Source of the DNA: Eledone cirrhosa
Taxonomy: Eukaryota
Direction: 5' to 3'
Assembly: GCA_964016885.1 (NCBI GenBank)
Contig: OZ024755.1
Span: forward strand, 1,178,001 to 1,242,000
DNA: 64,000 nucleotides
A model generated the notes under the pieces. The model made no database searches, was not told where the DNA came from, and saw nothing but the letters and a program-made list of their open reading frames with translations. A program made the translations under genes and the position numbers. This document shows positions 27,443 to 46,121 of the stretch, piece after piece (position 1 is the first letter of the stretch; every line of letters starts with the position of its first letter).

Positions 27443-27982
27443 CTGGTGTCGTTTTAAACAACCTTGGGAATTCGCATTTATTTGTAAAATATTCCTAAAT
27501 TAAATAAAATTCTAAAAATAAAATAAATTATTCGTTCCTTTTTGTATGACAAATGTAGCTGGGTGTAGGGAGCACATCTTTCTTATTTCCATGTTGCGGG
27601 TGGGAGTAGGGAGCATATCTACCTTTCTCTCATGCTGGTGTGGGTTTGACAAGGAACAGGACTGGGTGGTAGAAAGGAGCACATCTTCTGTGTTGACAAG
27701 GATTGAAGTAAATTTGGAATGTGGGAGATGTAAACACAATATTGTGGTGGGGAACACTTTTCTACAATTAACTAACAATATTGATTGAGGAGTTTACTGT
27801 AGTTGTTGCTATTGACTTCTATATTGAACAGTATAACAGATTAAGATCAATAAAATTGGACGGTATGACACAGATCAATAATAACACAAACAACTTCAAT
27901 TAGGGAATAATAGTTTTATTAAACAAAAACAACAATGAAATAATTATTAGTTGAGCAAAAAAGAATTACAGAATATGTACAG

Positions 27983-29500
<1,518 letters not shown>

Positions 29501-30104
29501 TACACACAGTCACATATGCATATATTTTACTAAAATTCTGTTGGTGAAAGCAGAAACTCCATAGAAGATGTTTTCTTGAAGACAACAGTTCTATTGGTAG
29601 CCACGTCTCGTATTGAGATGGAACTTCTCTTGTAGCTACTTTGCTTTTCACCAGCAAAGTTTTATATATATATATATATATGTGTGTATATATTTATATC
29701 TATATATAATATACCACAATATATATATATGTGTGTGTGTATATATTTATATATATATATATGTATGTATTTATATATATATCTGTATATATACGCACAC
29801 ATCACCTTTTTATGTCCACACACACATATATATATATACATATATATATATATTTGTGTCTGATAGTAGCTCAAATGCTTCCATAGGCGGTATGCCGGTT
29901 GAGCACTCTATGCTCTGTAAGAGCAGAGTATGATATAATATATATATATACATACATACACACAGATAAGTATATGTATGTATAAACATACACACATGTT
30001 GTCATGCCAAGAATGTTTCTTGTGTAATTATTATTTGTTAATATTTCAAACCTGGTCAAGCTGCCAAGGTTGTTTTAAAACAGTCAGACACAGAATTTAT
30101 CACC

Positions 30105-32760
<2,656 letters not shown>

Positions 32761-32962
32761 AGATATATATGGGTTTGTGGAAGTATGTATACATCAACTT
32801 TAAATAATTAAATATATATATATACAATAATACACATATATACATTTATGTATATATAGAGATATATACACATACACTACGCACACACTCATATATATAT
32901 ATATAGAAAATAATACACATATATACACATGCATATATATCTATGTATATCTATATATATAG

Positions 32963-32995
<33 letters not shown>

Positions 32996-35900
32996 AATAT
33001 TTGTCAGCAGTCATCATATCAAAAGCCTAGGTATTAGTTAATATAATATATTTCTGGTATTAAGAAGGAATATTTTTCATGTTCTTTGCATATATTGTTG
33101 TTGTTTTTTTGTTTAACAACAAAAAAGAAAAAGAAACTTTAATTTGATCCTCTTGCAAACTTTGTTCTCCGTTTCTTTCAATAATACCAGATGATTATCA
33201 GGAAGATTCACTGACAACTGATACAGAGAGAACCTGGTGTATTTTCAACCTAACTCAAATTCTTCACTAAATCTGAGTGAAACTTTATCGAACGGAAACC
33301 CTGTAATATATGAGAGGTGGAATATATTGATTCCTGAGTACACAGTTCAATATATGTTGTCAAAGAGTTCTTTTTACCATGGGTATGACAATAATACAGG
33401 CTGCTACACACATACCTTCTACTGGTAGATATATATATATATCTTTATATAGATAGATATGTATATATATGTGTTTATATTACAATACAGCAGAGTATTG
33501 TAAGAAATGGTATATATTGCTGAATGTTTAGTTACAGCAGTTCATATATAACATCTTTGGATATATTTATAATTGTGGATAGTTTTGTTCCTCCTCATTT
33601 CGTCCTCATCAAGTGTGTCTTTATTCATCTGCTTCTAGATACATTTTAGATTTCAGTTTTTATTATCTGTTGTTTCTTTTTAAATGTCATATCACAAAAT
33701 GTTGTGATGTGGCATATTATTATTATCACATGTCACTGCATGTCATATCATGCTGTTGCATATCATCACCAGCTGCTGTAGATAATTGGAAATTGAAGCG
33801 ATAGTTTTCACTTAAGGGAATATTTAATTGAAAAAAACTTGTACAGCTCTGCATTTTTTTCTGTATTTTTTTTCATGAAAGTCAAGGCTAATTAGTAATT
33901 GCCACAAACTGTTTATCTTAATACTTCTTACTAAATTTACTTTTGATCACTTTCAAGTAAATTTACTTGTAGTTAACAAAATAAATTACACAATTAAGTT
34001 ATTAACCTTCCTTACACGCCCACCACCCAAGAAAATATATTTGTGGTATATAAATAAATTATTGAATATTTTTTATTAAAACCATTTTAACTTTATTTTT
34101 CACTAAATTCAGCAGAATATTTAAAATAAAACTAAATGTAGAAAGGTCAAATGCATGAAATTTGATTTGGAATAAAATATTTAAAATGAAATTAATGGTT
34201 CCATTTAAATAAAATAATTAAATAACATATATAAAATAAAATTAATGGTTCCATTTAAATAAGATATCTATATAAGATATTTAAATGAGATATTTAAAAT
34301 AATATTAAGGATTCCATTTAAATAAACATGAATATTATAGAAAAGTGAAACAATTTCAAAATTTTTTATATTTTTGTATTTAAAAAAAAAATATCCTGAG
34401 TAAAAAAAATATCCAATAATATTAGGGTAATCTTAAATTTTTTAGGGTCCCAGAATCAAAGTTTTGTTAGTCATGATCCACTGCATATACTCTCGTATAT
34501 AGAGTAACAAATGATTATATAATTAGTGTAAATGATTATATTTATGTATCCAGATTAATGTACACATAATAATGTTCATTGATGAAGATGTAGTGTATAT
34601 ATAATATATACACCACATAGTAATATATGTGTAGAGTTAAATAATATACATTTGTATTAAGATAATGTGTAAATAATATTCTAAATATAATATAACACAC
34701 ACTTGTCAATATAATGTATATTCAGATAATAAACATCTGCCATATAACGGCCAGAATTAAGGCGCTTGTTGCTTTTAATATTCCACGAGAACATACATGA
34801 CTTTATAAAATGATGAAAGACGGAACTGTTCGAATTCCGTCAGTGATAAACAAGAGGCTATGTTAAGTTATTGTAAAAGCAATACAGCTTACAAAGCAGC
34901 AAACTTTCTTGAATAGATTTTACATAAAAACTGGAAATATTTACCAACGGAAGTTGGAGAACCAGACTCAGATGATAACAAATAAATGGAAGAAAATTTT
35001 ATTTCAAAGACATTTCTAAATGTATTGAAAGGTTTCATTATAAGGTAGCAATTGCTATCATCATCATCACCACCATCAACATCATCGTTAAATGGTGGTG
35101 GTGATGATGATGATAGCAGTTGTCTTTCAGTCATGAAGATTTCAAGTTAATTTGCACATGATTAATATATGTTTTGATGTTATAAGTACACACACGTGTG
35201 TGTGTGTGTGTGTGTTTGAGTGTGTAGATGCAACATACATAATATGTGTTGATGTATATAACACATAATAGTATGTATTAATGTAAAACATAGCTATATA
35301 CATATAGATGTGAAACACATAATGATGTGTGTGTGTGTGTAAATGTAAAACACATTCACAGTAATGTGTTTCGATGCCATACACATAACACATAGATCTA
35401 AACACACGCATACTCATACCTATTACAGATCTATACATACACACATATTACAGATCTATACACACACACACACACATATTACAGATCTATACACACACAC
35501 ATATTACAGATCTATACACACACATTCATATATATTGGGAAAAGGAGAATTACATATTCAAGAAAATACTCATATAATTAGATATATATTGGCTTTCAGT
35601 ATTTGTAAATGATATCACACAAAATTATTCAATTACTGTTATTAAAATGAATCATCAAATAGTATTTAAAATATGTTTACATTCATTCTTAGTCTTTTTT
35701 AAAACTTCTCTTATCTAACTTGAGAATTTTAAATTTTACTTTTCATGTGACTTTTATCGTAAAATTAACAATTTTGCTATCAAAATTTTGTACCTTTTTC
35801 TCTAGATCAACTTTATATATAAAATATTTAAATCTCACTTCGTAGGTCAACTTTATATATCAACATCTTTGATCCTCGCTTCATAGGTCAACTTTATATA

Positions 35901-36656
35901 TCAAATGTTTGAACCTCACTCCCTAAGTTAACTTTATATATCAAATTTTAATCGCTAACTAAATCAGGCTCTGCAATCTCAATTCTATTTGTATCTATTG
36001 CAGTGGTTTAAAGTGGAAATAAGTCTTCTATAAGAAGACTTATTCCTTCCTTTTTTTTCTGAGTTAATAAAAATTAGGGAAGTTAACATTCTATAATAAA
36101 GTTTTCTTTCGTTGATCACTTAGTCAAGAGAAAGGACAGAGTTTATAGCCATACTCCACACGCATAAATGCACACTCTTTTTTTCACCCTACCAATAATA
36201 ATAATAATAATAATAGATATTGCAAAGACTTTACTGGAGCTAAAAACCTAGAAGACAACAAAATATAAGTATAATACTTGCCAGAGAAATATAAAACTGC
36301 TATATAATACACCATATATACCAGTGTATACATACATTGCTTTCATACACAAGTTACACCTTCATTTGACATACATTTACAATGTACCATGTATGTATTT
36401 TAAAGTCAGGCTCTGTAGATATGTTTCTAGCTGGTTTGTCACGTATTTTTGTGAAAAAACACAAGTGTCACCTATACACAAGTATATATAATGTGTTCTT
36501 ATACACAAGTATATATATGTGTGTGTCTGTTCTTATACACACGTATCTATATGTTCTTATACACAAGTATATATGTGTTCTTATACACACGTGTGTATAT
36601 ATATATGTGTGTGTTCTTATACACATATATCTATCATATATGTTCTTATACACAAG

Positions 36657-36687
<31 letters not shown>

Positions 36688-37062
36688 GATCTTATTGGCA
36701 TTTACAAATTTGATTGTTAGCTTAACTGTCCTTTCATACATGTGTATTTATACGCATAATTCCTCTTTCCCCTTTATATGTGTTGTGTGTGTTGTGTGAG
36801 TGTGTTGTGTGTGCGTGTGTGTGTTTGCATATGAGTGTGTAAAGAGTTAAGTAGATCAGTCATAGAAATATGATATTTCCAGATCACACATACATTCACA
36901 AACACATTCATATAGGAAAATGTAAATAAGAAATGCTCGCTCCTCTTCACATTCTGTATATATACTTCTATATGTGTGTATGAAAATGTGTATACATGTA
37001 TACACATATGTTGACATATCTATATGATGTTCTCATTGTAAATGGTAAACATACATTACCGT

Positions 37063-37652
37063 TCACGCCCCACATCCTCCACAGCCACCACCACAACCCC
37101 CACCGCAGCCTCCACAACCCCCACAACCCCCACAGCCACCACATCCACCACAGCCACCACAACCACCCGCTCCATCAATACAACCAACATCACTAATCCC
37201 AAGGTCGACACCAGCACAACCAGCCGACATACAAGACACTTTGCTCTGTGAGTAGTAGAAGTTTGATGGGGTATCTACATGATAGCCGCTAGCTAGAACC
37301 AAAGTCATATCATCGGAAGGTACGACTGTCTGTGAGTTTTTCGATCTTCCCGGAGATAATGCATTAGCACGAGGGTCCCATCCCTTTGGGTGGGGTTGAC
37401 AGAGGACATGTAATAATCCCACAGAAAAGGCAACAGCAATATTTTCAGCTACCTCAAGTTTGTCATCTAATTTAATGTTAATATGTCCACTATAGAGGTT
37501 TGCCATTAGAGGATACATTTTCAGTTCGTAGTTCTTTTTCTCATAAGGTATGTTGAATTTTTTTATGGTCTTTTTGTGGAGGTCAAAAATAGTGACTGCC
37601 AAATGTCCAGGGCTCCCTTTCACTCCTTTTACCCCCCTCGACGTCCTGGTCC
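37063..37652 (-). CDS. GRDP-like gene, last coding exon with a (Gly-Gly-Cys)n tail
   Basis: TTTCAG acceptor, phase 1. Contains IAVAFSVGLLHVLCQP and ends GGCGGCGGCGGCGGCGGCGGCGGGCGGGCGGCGA-stop. Confidence 0.85.
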
Positions 37653-38963
37653 CTGAAATATAAACAAACACAAAACCAATTAACATTCAAAAAGTAAAAA
37701 TAAACAACTGATAAAATTAATTTGATGCAAGTTTCTTCAATTAATGCTAGAGCTGTGAAATATTACATGTATTAATTTCCTTTCCAGGGACTATGTTGAA
37801 AAATAAATCTCATTTGGTCATTCCATGAGAGTATCTTGGTCTGACTATGGTGGTGGATTTGTAGAATTGTTAGTACAGTGAGTCTCAGCCCTGTACAGTT
37901 TCAGATCACTTGGGGATGATACTTATTCCAAGCTGTGTCAGCCCTTGGATAACATCAGTAACATGGAGACGGGAAAGCTTGCTTACATGACTGACTGCTG
38001 GTCTTTTACAAAAACAACCCCTTGCCCAGGTCCTGTTCCTTGGAGAATAACATTCTAAGTGTAAATCCAAGATTTCATTAGATATATAAAGACCCCAGAG
38101 TTTGAACCCCAGATGTCTGAAAAGTCAGATATTCCCCCACACACAGTAAAAAATATATATAAATATTTAGATTATTTATTTTGTTTTATTATTTACAACA
38201 CAAATTTCTGATTAAATGAATAAAAGCTTATTTATTTATTTAAATGGGTCAATTGATTTTTCATCAGCCAACTAGCAATCTATATAGGTTATACAGTTTG
38301 TCAAAGCTAATTCAATCTGGAAAATCTGAATCTTCTTTAAGCTATTGATTAGTAATAACTTCATCTATACCTTCCTCCCCAAATACCAATCTGTCTATTA
38401 CATAGTTTATGAAAAGATCTTCACTGCGTGCTTGCTTGAAAATAAGATCTTGTAATATATTTCCTTTTCTTTTCTTATATCACTATAGAAATAAGAAGGT
38501 GATAAAAGTCAGCTAACAATGATGAGTTGGAGAAATAAATTTATTCAAGAGTTTTATTCTAGTTTTATTCTAGTCAACTTTAATCTCCAACTGAAAAATT
38601 TTACAAACCATTGTAACCGTAGCAACAATAAATGTTTGACAATTGAAGATCTTGAGGTAATTTCTGTGATTACTCAAGTGTAATAAATATTACTTCTCTA
38701 GTTCATGTGTGTTAGCAACATTTATATGAATAGTCTATAGATAGTGTAATTTCTGAATACTGGCAGCTGTTGAAATGTCTTTCAAAGCTTTGAAAATGCT
38801 GGCAAGTAATTTAAAACATGCACAATATACATATATATATGTATGTATGTATGTGTGTGTGTGTGTATGTATGTATGCAACAGGCAAACAGAAATAACAA
38901 GGCAAACAACACAGAACAATGAAGAAAAATATTAGTTTTACACTTGATATAGTAGGAAAAGAG

Positions 38964-38999
38964 TCTTAACGTTTCGGATGCTAGTCCTTCATCAGAAAA
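38964..38999 (-). ncRNA. Putative minimal type I hammerhead ribozyme, intronic and sense to the GRDP-like gene
   Basis: Minus strand reads TTTT-CTGATGA-A-GGA-CTAGCA-TCC-GAAA-CG-TT-AAGA: intact core, G-C closed stem II, ACGT palindromic stem III. Confidence 0.6.
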
Positions 39000-39082
39000 T
39001 AGAAAGATAAATTAAAGAAGAAATAGAAAGATTGAGGAGACTAAAACTAAAATATTATTGAAGATATGAAAGCTGCACTTAC

Positions 39083-39221
39083 CTGGAATACCTGGCACAC
39101 CTTTCTTTAAACCAGCCCATTTTCCAATAACAATGGCCCAGTCACCAGTGTGGTTTTTTATGAGTAATGCTCTTTCTCCAGATGATGGATTGAAACAAGG
39201 ATATGATTCTGGGTAAGCAAG
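39083..39221 (-). CDS. GRDP-like gene coding exon 3
   Basis: TTCCAG acceptor and GTAAGT donor. Translates LAYPESYPCFNPSSGERALLIKNHTGDWAIVIGKWAGLKKGVPGIP. Phases 0 and 1 are consistent. Confidence 0.85.
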
Positions 39222-39296
39222 CTGGAACGACAATAATATTGAAATTAGTAAAACTTCATAAAATTTGAATTTCATGTCAGTGAATAAAAAAGTTAC

Positions 39297-39332
<36 letters not shown>

Positions 39333-39436
39333 CATCATCATCATCATCGTTTAATGCTAGCATGGGTTTAGACGGGAATTGTCCCACTTGAGGCAAGATT
39401 GGTTGTCTTGCTCGTATAGGACATATATTATATTAC

Positions 39437-39470
<34 letters not shown>

Positions 39471-39581
39471 GTATATCTAATTAAATAGCTCTGTTCTATA
39501 CATAGAGCACTCTTTTTTCCTTTGATTTTCCTTCAGAATTACTTAACACTCATATATACATATCTATATATAGAGAGAGAG

Positions 39582-39744
39582 AGGTAGAACACTGGAAGGT
39601 AATATCCGTAGTGGTAGAGCACTCAGTCCATGGGACGAGTTTGGTAGAAGTAGAAACACTACAGCTCGGACTAGTCCAAGCTGAAGCTCCGCATAAGGTG
39701 AAACAATTGTTCTCAGTATGGTGAGCTAACTGTTGTGTTACTAC

Positions 39745-39824
<80 letters not shown>

Positions 39825-39985
39825 GAACAAGTATGACCCCCGGCGGCAGAGCTCAAGCCGTTTCGACGGCTATTTATGGACCAGTCCAGAAATAGCCGTC
39901 GAAACAGCTTGAGCTCTGCCGTCGAGGTCATACTTGTTCCTATTACCCACTCTACTACCATCTGGTTCCTTACCACAACTCCTTC

Positions 39986-39990
<5 letters not shown>
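39582..39990. mobile_element. Adjacent family B (39582-39745) and family A (39823-39990) hairpin elements in a GRDP intron
   Basis: Homology to 21111/57975 and 8782 respectively; separated by (CT)n(TA)n. Confidence 0.8.
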
Positions 39991-40032
<42 letters not shown>

Positions 40033-40280
40033 TTGTGTGTGTATATATATATTTATACAAGAATCAGCTGAAAAGTTCATAGGATGGCTATGAAGGAGTG
40101 GTACTAGAGCTGGAACAGTATGTAAACCTCCTGTCTGTGAGGTTAGTACTCCCCACTTAAATATTGATATGGTGATAATGATGATGACAATAGTGATGAC
40201 AGTAACAATGATGACAATGAGACGATGATGCTGATGATGATGAAGGTAACAATGATGACATAAGATGCTGTGTGTTTTAC

Positions 40281-40431
40281 CTGTGTTGAAGTCGGCAGTT
40301 GGTCGAGATCAATTAAATGTGTAACAACTGCTAACTTTTCATGATAATACACCTGTATGACTGACATCATCAGTTGAGTGCAATGTATAATGCGACAGGT
40401 AAACTGATTGATTTTCAATGTATCGTGCAGT
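40281..40431 (-). CDS. GRDP-like gene coding exon 2
   Basis: Polypyrimidine tract plus CCAG acceptor and CAG|GTAAAA donor. Translates LHDTLKINQFTCRIIHCTQLMMSVIQVYYHEKLAVVTHLIDLDQLPTSTQ. Phases 2 and 0 are consistent. Confidence 0.85.
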
Positions 40432-40920
40432 CTGGAGAAGAAGAAGAAGAAATCAAACATAAAAAAGTTATAAAAAATAAACAAATATTATAGTTATCCA
40501 TATTAGATTTTAGGTTTATATATATATAAATATATATACACACACACACACATATACATACATATATATATATATATATAGTTTATATTTCAGTTCTGTT
40601 TTATATTTGTTATTTTACAGTGAGCTACTCTCAAACTTGTAATTGGATAATATTTAATATTGCCCACATTTTTTTATATATATATATTGAAGGTTATATA
40701 GATATCAGGTATTATATACAGATGTTGTATAGAGGTACTATATATAGGTGTTATATATAGGGGTATTATATCGAGGTATTATATATAGGTGTCCTGTACA
40801 GAGCTAAGATGTTATATAAAGGTGTTATACAGAGGTGTTATATAGAGGTGTTATATAGAGGTGTCATGTATAAGATGACTTGAAAATAAATAAAAATAAA
40901 ATTTAAAATCAAATCCTTAC

Positions 40921-42308
40921 AAGTGTTCACCAACAAAAGACACATTTTGGACATCATTTGGTAAGTGAGGTAATGGAACTGGTCCCCACATCTGTTCAAT
41001 CTGTGTTGGTAATGTAAACCTCTTGTAAGGTCTCACCTCAACAGTAAAATTGCAGGCAGTACATATTGGATTAGTAAAGTATCCTTTTATTTGAACAGTA
41101 ATTTGTGGTGAATCATCGAGTGTAAACGTTTCTGAGAATGACTGACCTTCAGAAGCAAAATGAACCGTCTTCCAAAAGTCATATATAGCTGTACCAAGAG
41201 AAACATTGTTTCCACAGCAGGCCAAACCAACTTTCTTGTAGAATGAAATATTTAAGTAAGAATTGCAGTGGGTGCTAATTCCTTGTTTTATTAAGGAGTT
41301 TCCTTCCCATTCATGGTTAGGTCCCGTTAGATGTTTTGTACACAAAATTTCAGAATCTTGGAAAAGTTTCAAAACCAAATCAAATTTTCTTACATCTTCT
41401 GGAATATTCTCTATCGATACCTTTTCAATGACAAACGTTGCAAGTTTCACACTTATTTTAGTAATATTTTCCTTGGTGATTTTATAAAGTTTTCTCTCTG
41501 GTGGTTCCCCACGGTACATTGCCCCATACATAGAAAATGTTTCATTGTAGGTTTTAATCCAAAGATTCCTAGTTTCAATATCAGAGAGGCTTAGTTTTGA
41601 ATTTGGACTACGGTCATTAACAGTGTCATCATGATTAAAAACTCTGTTAAATAGTTTCTTTGTGTCTTTTTGATAACTAATTGGATGGAGCTGATGGCTG
41701 TGCCATATAAGATCAATGTCGTAACATGGCACGAGAAACGTGGCTGGATTCTTCTGTTTTAAGTGTAAATACTTTTTGTAGCGTATAATAGCTTGTTTGA
41801 GGAACCTGAAATCTGCATAGTGAGGTAGTGAAACTTGGTAGAGGAACACTCTCTGACGTGCAGCAGCTGCTACAATATTATAGCTTAATTTAGATTTATA
41901 TTCAGGGACTGGTTCATCAGGAGTGTTCATAATATTAAATGGTTCATTAGGGTAAGCTTTAGTCCATAACTCTTTAGTTTTCTGTAGTTTCTGTTGTCGA
42001 ACTTGTTCTGGATAGAGGGCATGGTTAACTAATTTGCCGACTATTGAGTCACAGTCTTCTGAATATGCTATGGGGGCCAGCATATGGCAGTGCCAAGCCC
42101 ATTCAATATCCAGTGGAGCTGGAATGAAATCATGTTTGAGAGCCAGAGGTAACCATAGTACTTCATATCTGTAAAGAGTTCGTTTTAAAAAGGCAGCTTC
42201 ATAAAGTTCTGGGTATTGGTTAACATTGTTCAAGAAACTTATTTGCTGACTTGCTGCTATATCTAGAACTACACTCAGGTGTATCGTTTCATAACTTTCT
42301 TTTGGCAT
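40921..42308 (-). CDS. Glycine-rich domain-containing protein (GRDP/DUF1399-like), large first coding exon
   Basis: RYEVLWLPL...APLDIEWAWHCHMLAP..YSEDC and RYKKYLHL...FLVPCYDIDLIWHSHQLHP.SY..D...NHDDTVNDR are the duplicated GRDP motifs. TTCCAG acceptor with exon start at 42309, ATG at 42308, GTAAG donor after 40921. Confidence 0.9.
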
Positions 42309-42863
42309 TCTGGAATATAAAAATAACAATAAAGATATTAAGATTTTGTTACTGAGAAAACATGAAGACATAATACTTGAAAATATAGAAAGATACTTTC
42401 ATGCTAGAGTAAATGTATATTGACATGTATGGCTGATAAAGAAATGGTAAAGTTTTTAACCCTTTAGCATTTAAACTGACTGTATCTGGCCAGAATTCTC
42501 TCACCTCTTTCTGTTTAAACTGGCTGTAACTGGCTGCTCATACTGATGTTAAGGTATTGTTCTCAAAATATATAATATCAAAATCTCATAGATTCGATAT
42601 TATGTGAGATAATTATGTGAGATAAAGTGTTTACCATGAAAATAGCATCGTTGACCTGGGATTTGAACACAGAACGTAAAAAACTGGAAGAAATAACTTG
42701 CTAACGAGTCTGATAATCAACCACCTTTGAGATTTATTTAATTACTAAAATGTCAGTTATTTTGTTAAATCATTCAAAATTGTTGATTATTGACATTAAT
42801 TGAAGCCAGATAGGAAGTGTATTATTTCATTAGGAATATCGTCAGAAAACGGTTTATGCCATC

Positions 42864-42897
<34 letters not shown>

Positions 42898-42984
42898 CCA
42901 TCACCATCACCATTACCACCATCATCACCATCACCACCACTATCATCATCATCATCACCACCATCACCATTACAATCATCATTT

Positions 42985-43190
42985 TTACATCCATTTTTCC
43001 ATGCTTGCATGGGTTGGACAGGTCATTTTCAACACAGCATCTCTCCACTTGTCATGTTCCTTCATCATCACCTCTTTGAGTCTCAGTGATTGGAGGTCAG
43101 CTTTCACCACCTCAACCCAGATCTCTCTTGGTCTTCCTCTACTGCAGCTTCCTTCCACTGGGATTTCCTGGCAGTTCTTCCTGTTATACA
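42985..43190 (-). mobile_element. 3' end of an RTE-like LINE with a (GAT)n tail
   Basis: VEGSCSRGRPREIWVEVVKADL...DKWRDAV plus the CATGCAAGCATGGAA tail, also seen at about 1625, 5960, 7980, 12972, 17625 and 30715. Confidence 0.7.
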
Positions 43191-43931
43191 GGTATATGCT
43201 ATGACTGCTGACATTATAACACAAACATCTTTATACCATTTATTCCACCGATTCACAGAAAAATCTGAAGTGATTCAATTTCATAAAATTCACTCCTCAT
43301 AGCTGAAACGTGTTATATTATATAAAAACATTTAGGTTCCATTACAACTGTGTCATACGAAACCAGACAAAGTAATAATGAAATATATAAACAGAATTAT
43401 TGATTCTGCTAAGAATGTAAAGTAAATATTGATTACTACTATTAAGATTGGAAAGAGGAGTTTAAGAAATCATCACCACCATCATCACCACCACCATCAT
43501 CACCATCACCACCACCATCATCATCACCATCAACACCATCATCATCATCACCACCATCATCATCATCATTTTACATCATCGCTTTTTCCTGCTTAGAGGA
43601 ATAAAATTGTTTGATGTGTAAAATATATAAGAAGCCAATATATGTGAGAGCAAAAGATGTTGTACGGCTTCAACTTGCAATTGTGTTGTTTATAATGAAG
43701 AGTGGAAGAAACCGTCCAAGAGAACAATGTCATTGGTTGGAAGGAACATTTCTTTTAACAAGATTTCTTTTTGGGACAATAACTTTCTCATAAATACAAT
43801 GTTTATGGTTGTTTACTACATATATATATATATATGTATATATATATATCATCAACATCATCATTATCACCATCATCACTGTTTAATGCTCATTTTTCCA
43901 TGCTACCATAGGTTATATATATATATATAGG

Positions 43932-44148
43932 AAGGCGTATGGCTGAGTGGTTAGAGAATTGGATTCACAATCATGAGGTTGTGAGTTCGATTCCTGGACC
44001 GGGCAATGCGTTATGTCTTTAAGCAAGACGTTTTATTTCACGTTGCTCCTTCTACCTGGAGTTGCGACCGATAGATAGTATTAGCAATTGGAAAGACCAA
44101 TGGAAACATTATTTCCTCGGTCTGATTTGACGAAAGTCAATCGATCCA
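43932..44148 (+). mobile_element. tRNA-derived CORE-like SINE
   Basis: TGGCTGAGTGG A-box and GTTCGATTCC B-box; homolog at 14630. Confidence 0.8.
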
Positions 44149-45589
44149 TATCATATATATACACACACACAGACAGTTCATAGGTTGAATAAGATACTCT
44201 CAGGGAAGGACCAAATGAGGTTTATTTTCCAACATAGTCCCTGGGAAGAAACAATGTAGTTATTATTAATTCATAAGAGATGAAATTAATACATCCAAGA
44301 TTTCACAGCTCTAGCATCACTCCTTCATGGTCAGTTTAACCTCGTATTTAAAAGATTAATCTTAATATGGAATATCAGAAGAAATCTTCAGCTTAAAACT
44401 GTTCTTTAAACATGTTTTTATCCCTTAATCAGAAGGAAGGGTGGAGATCATGACCCTTTTTCAGGTCCTCCTAAACTGGAGGAAGGTGTCTTCAGCCTGG
44501 CTGAAATTCTTGCAACACCAGAAAGGCAGCCAAAAGCCAGGTAATGTTAAACAAGTTGACACATTTGCTCTTTTGACACCAAACTGTCTGTAACCATCTC
44601 TGGTTCTCTGTTTAAAGCTAGTCCTCCTCCTCCCCCTCCCCCTGTATCTGATCTGGCTGTGTGTTTTCTGTGATCATAACACACATACACACACACACAC
44701 TCATATGCACACACATACACGCACACACTGTTGCCAGGTGTTGCAACTGGCAAATACTATCAAGCAATGGAATCATTGTTTATTTTGTCTGATCTCATGT
44801 TCCACCCACAACCACCACCATTGTTTACTTTGTCTGATCTCACGCTACCCCCCACCCCCGCCCACACGCATACTACCACCCCCACCCCCACCCCTAAACC
44901 ATTCCATTTATTATCTGATCTTTACGACAGATTACACTGCAGTCAATCTTCTTTCTATATTTCACAAAATATTCTAAATAAAGATGAAGAATTCTGTTGA
45001 TTGTTGCTACAAAAATCTCCCATATTTTAACACTGCAAAATTATTTTAATGAAATTAGTAAAATAATTGCTATTCTAAGTTTTTACAAACAATTATGTTG
45101 TCTTATAGCAATTGACTTGTGTTTTATACACACACATATATATACACACTTACACATATATATATACACATACAAATATATATGTATATACATATACACA
45201 TATATGTATATACATATACACATATATGTATATACATATACACATATATGTATATACATATACACATATATGTATATACATATACACATATATGTATATA
45301 CATATACACATATATGTATATACATATACACATGTATACATATATATATATACATATACACATATATGTATACATATATATATATATACATATACACATA
45401 TATGTATACATATACACATATATATACACATACACATGTATGAATACATATACACATATATATACATATACACTTATATATATACATATACACATATATA
45501 TATATACATATACACTTATATGTATACATATACACACATTCTTTATCTACTTTTATATTGTTGTTATACATTGTCTTTCTGTTGTTTCT

Positions 45590-45800
45590 TTCCTTTCTCA
45601 CCCCCTCCATCATCCCTTCGTTATCACCTTTCTCACCCCATTCATCACCCCCTTTCTCACCCCTCTGTTATCACCTTTCTCACCCCCTACATCACCCCTT
45701 CGTTATCACCTTTCTCACCCCATTCATCACCCCCTTTCTCACCCCTCCGTTATCACCTTTCTCACCCCCTACATCACCCCTTCGTTATCACCTTTAATCA
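45590..45800. repeat. CT-rich tandem repeat (CCCCTTCGTTATCACCTTTCTCACC units)
   Basis: Direct reading. Confidence 0.8.
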
Positions 45801-46121
45801 TCACCTTTGTCATCTTCAGTCTTTAGTTTTACTTCAGTTATTCTTTCACAGATAATTTACAAATCTTTCAACTTTTTCATTAGTTCCTCATTATTTCCAC
45901 AAATCCTCCGTATTTAAACATTCCATTGCAGCAGACATTTCTTTATGTTCAAACATTAATCTCAAGAGAATTCTATGATTCAATTTACCAATATTGAAAT
46001 CTCAGTTCATTATTCAAACTAAAAAAATTCAATTCAAATCTGATGATTATATTCCTCATTTGTAGAGAATCATTTTAAAGATGTTAAATTTTTGTAAAAT
46101 TCTCATTTTATTTATTGATTG

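Noticed and set aside
42309-42371. N-terminal extension of the 484-aa ORF
   Set aside because: Intronic pyrimidine-rich tract ending in a TTCCAG acceptor just before the ATG at 42308.
43932-44005. tRNA gene
   Set aside because: tRNA-derived SINE head with no proper acceptor stem; it continues into the SINE body.
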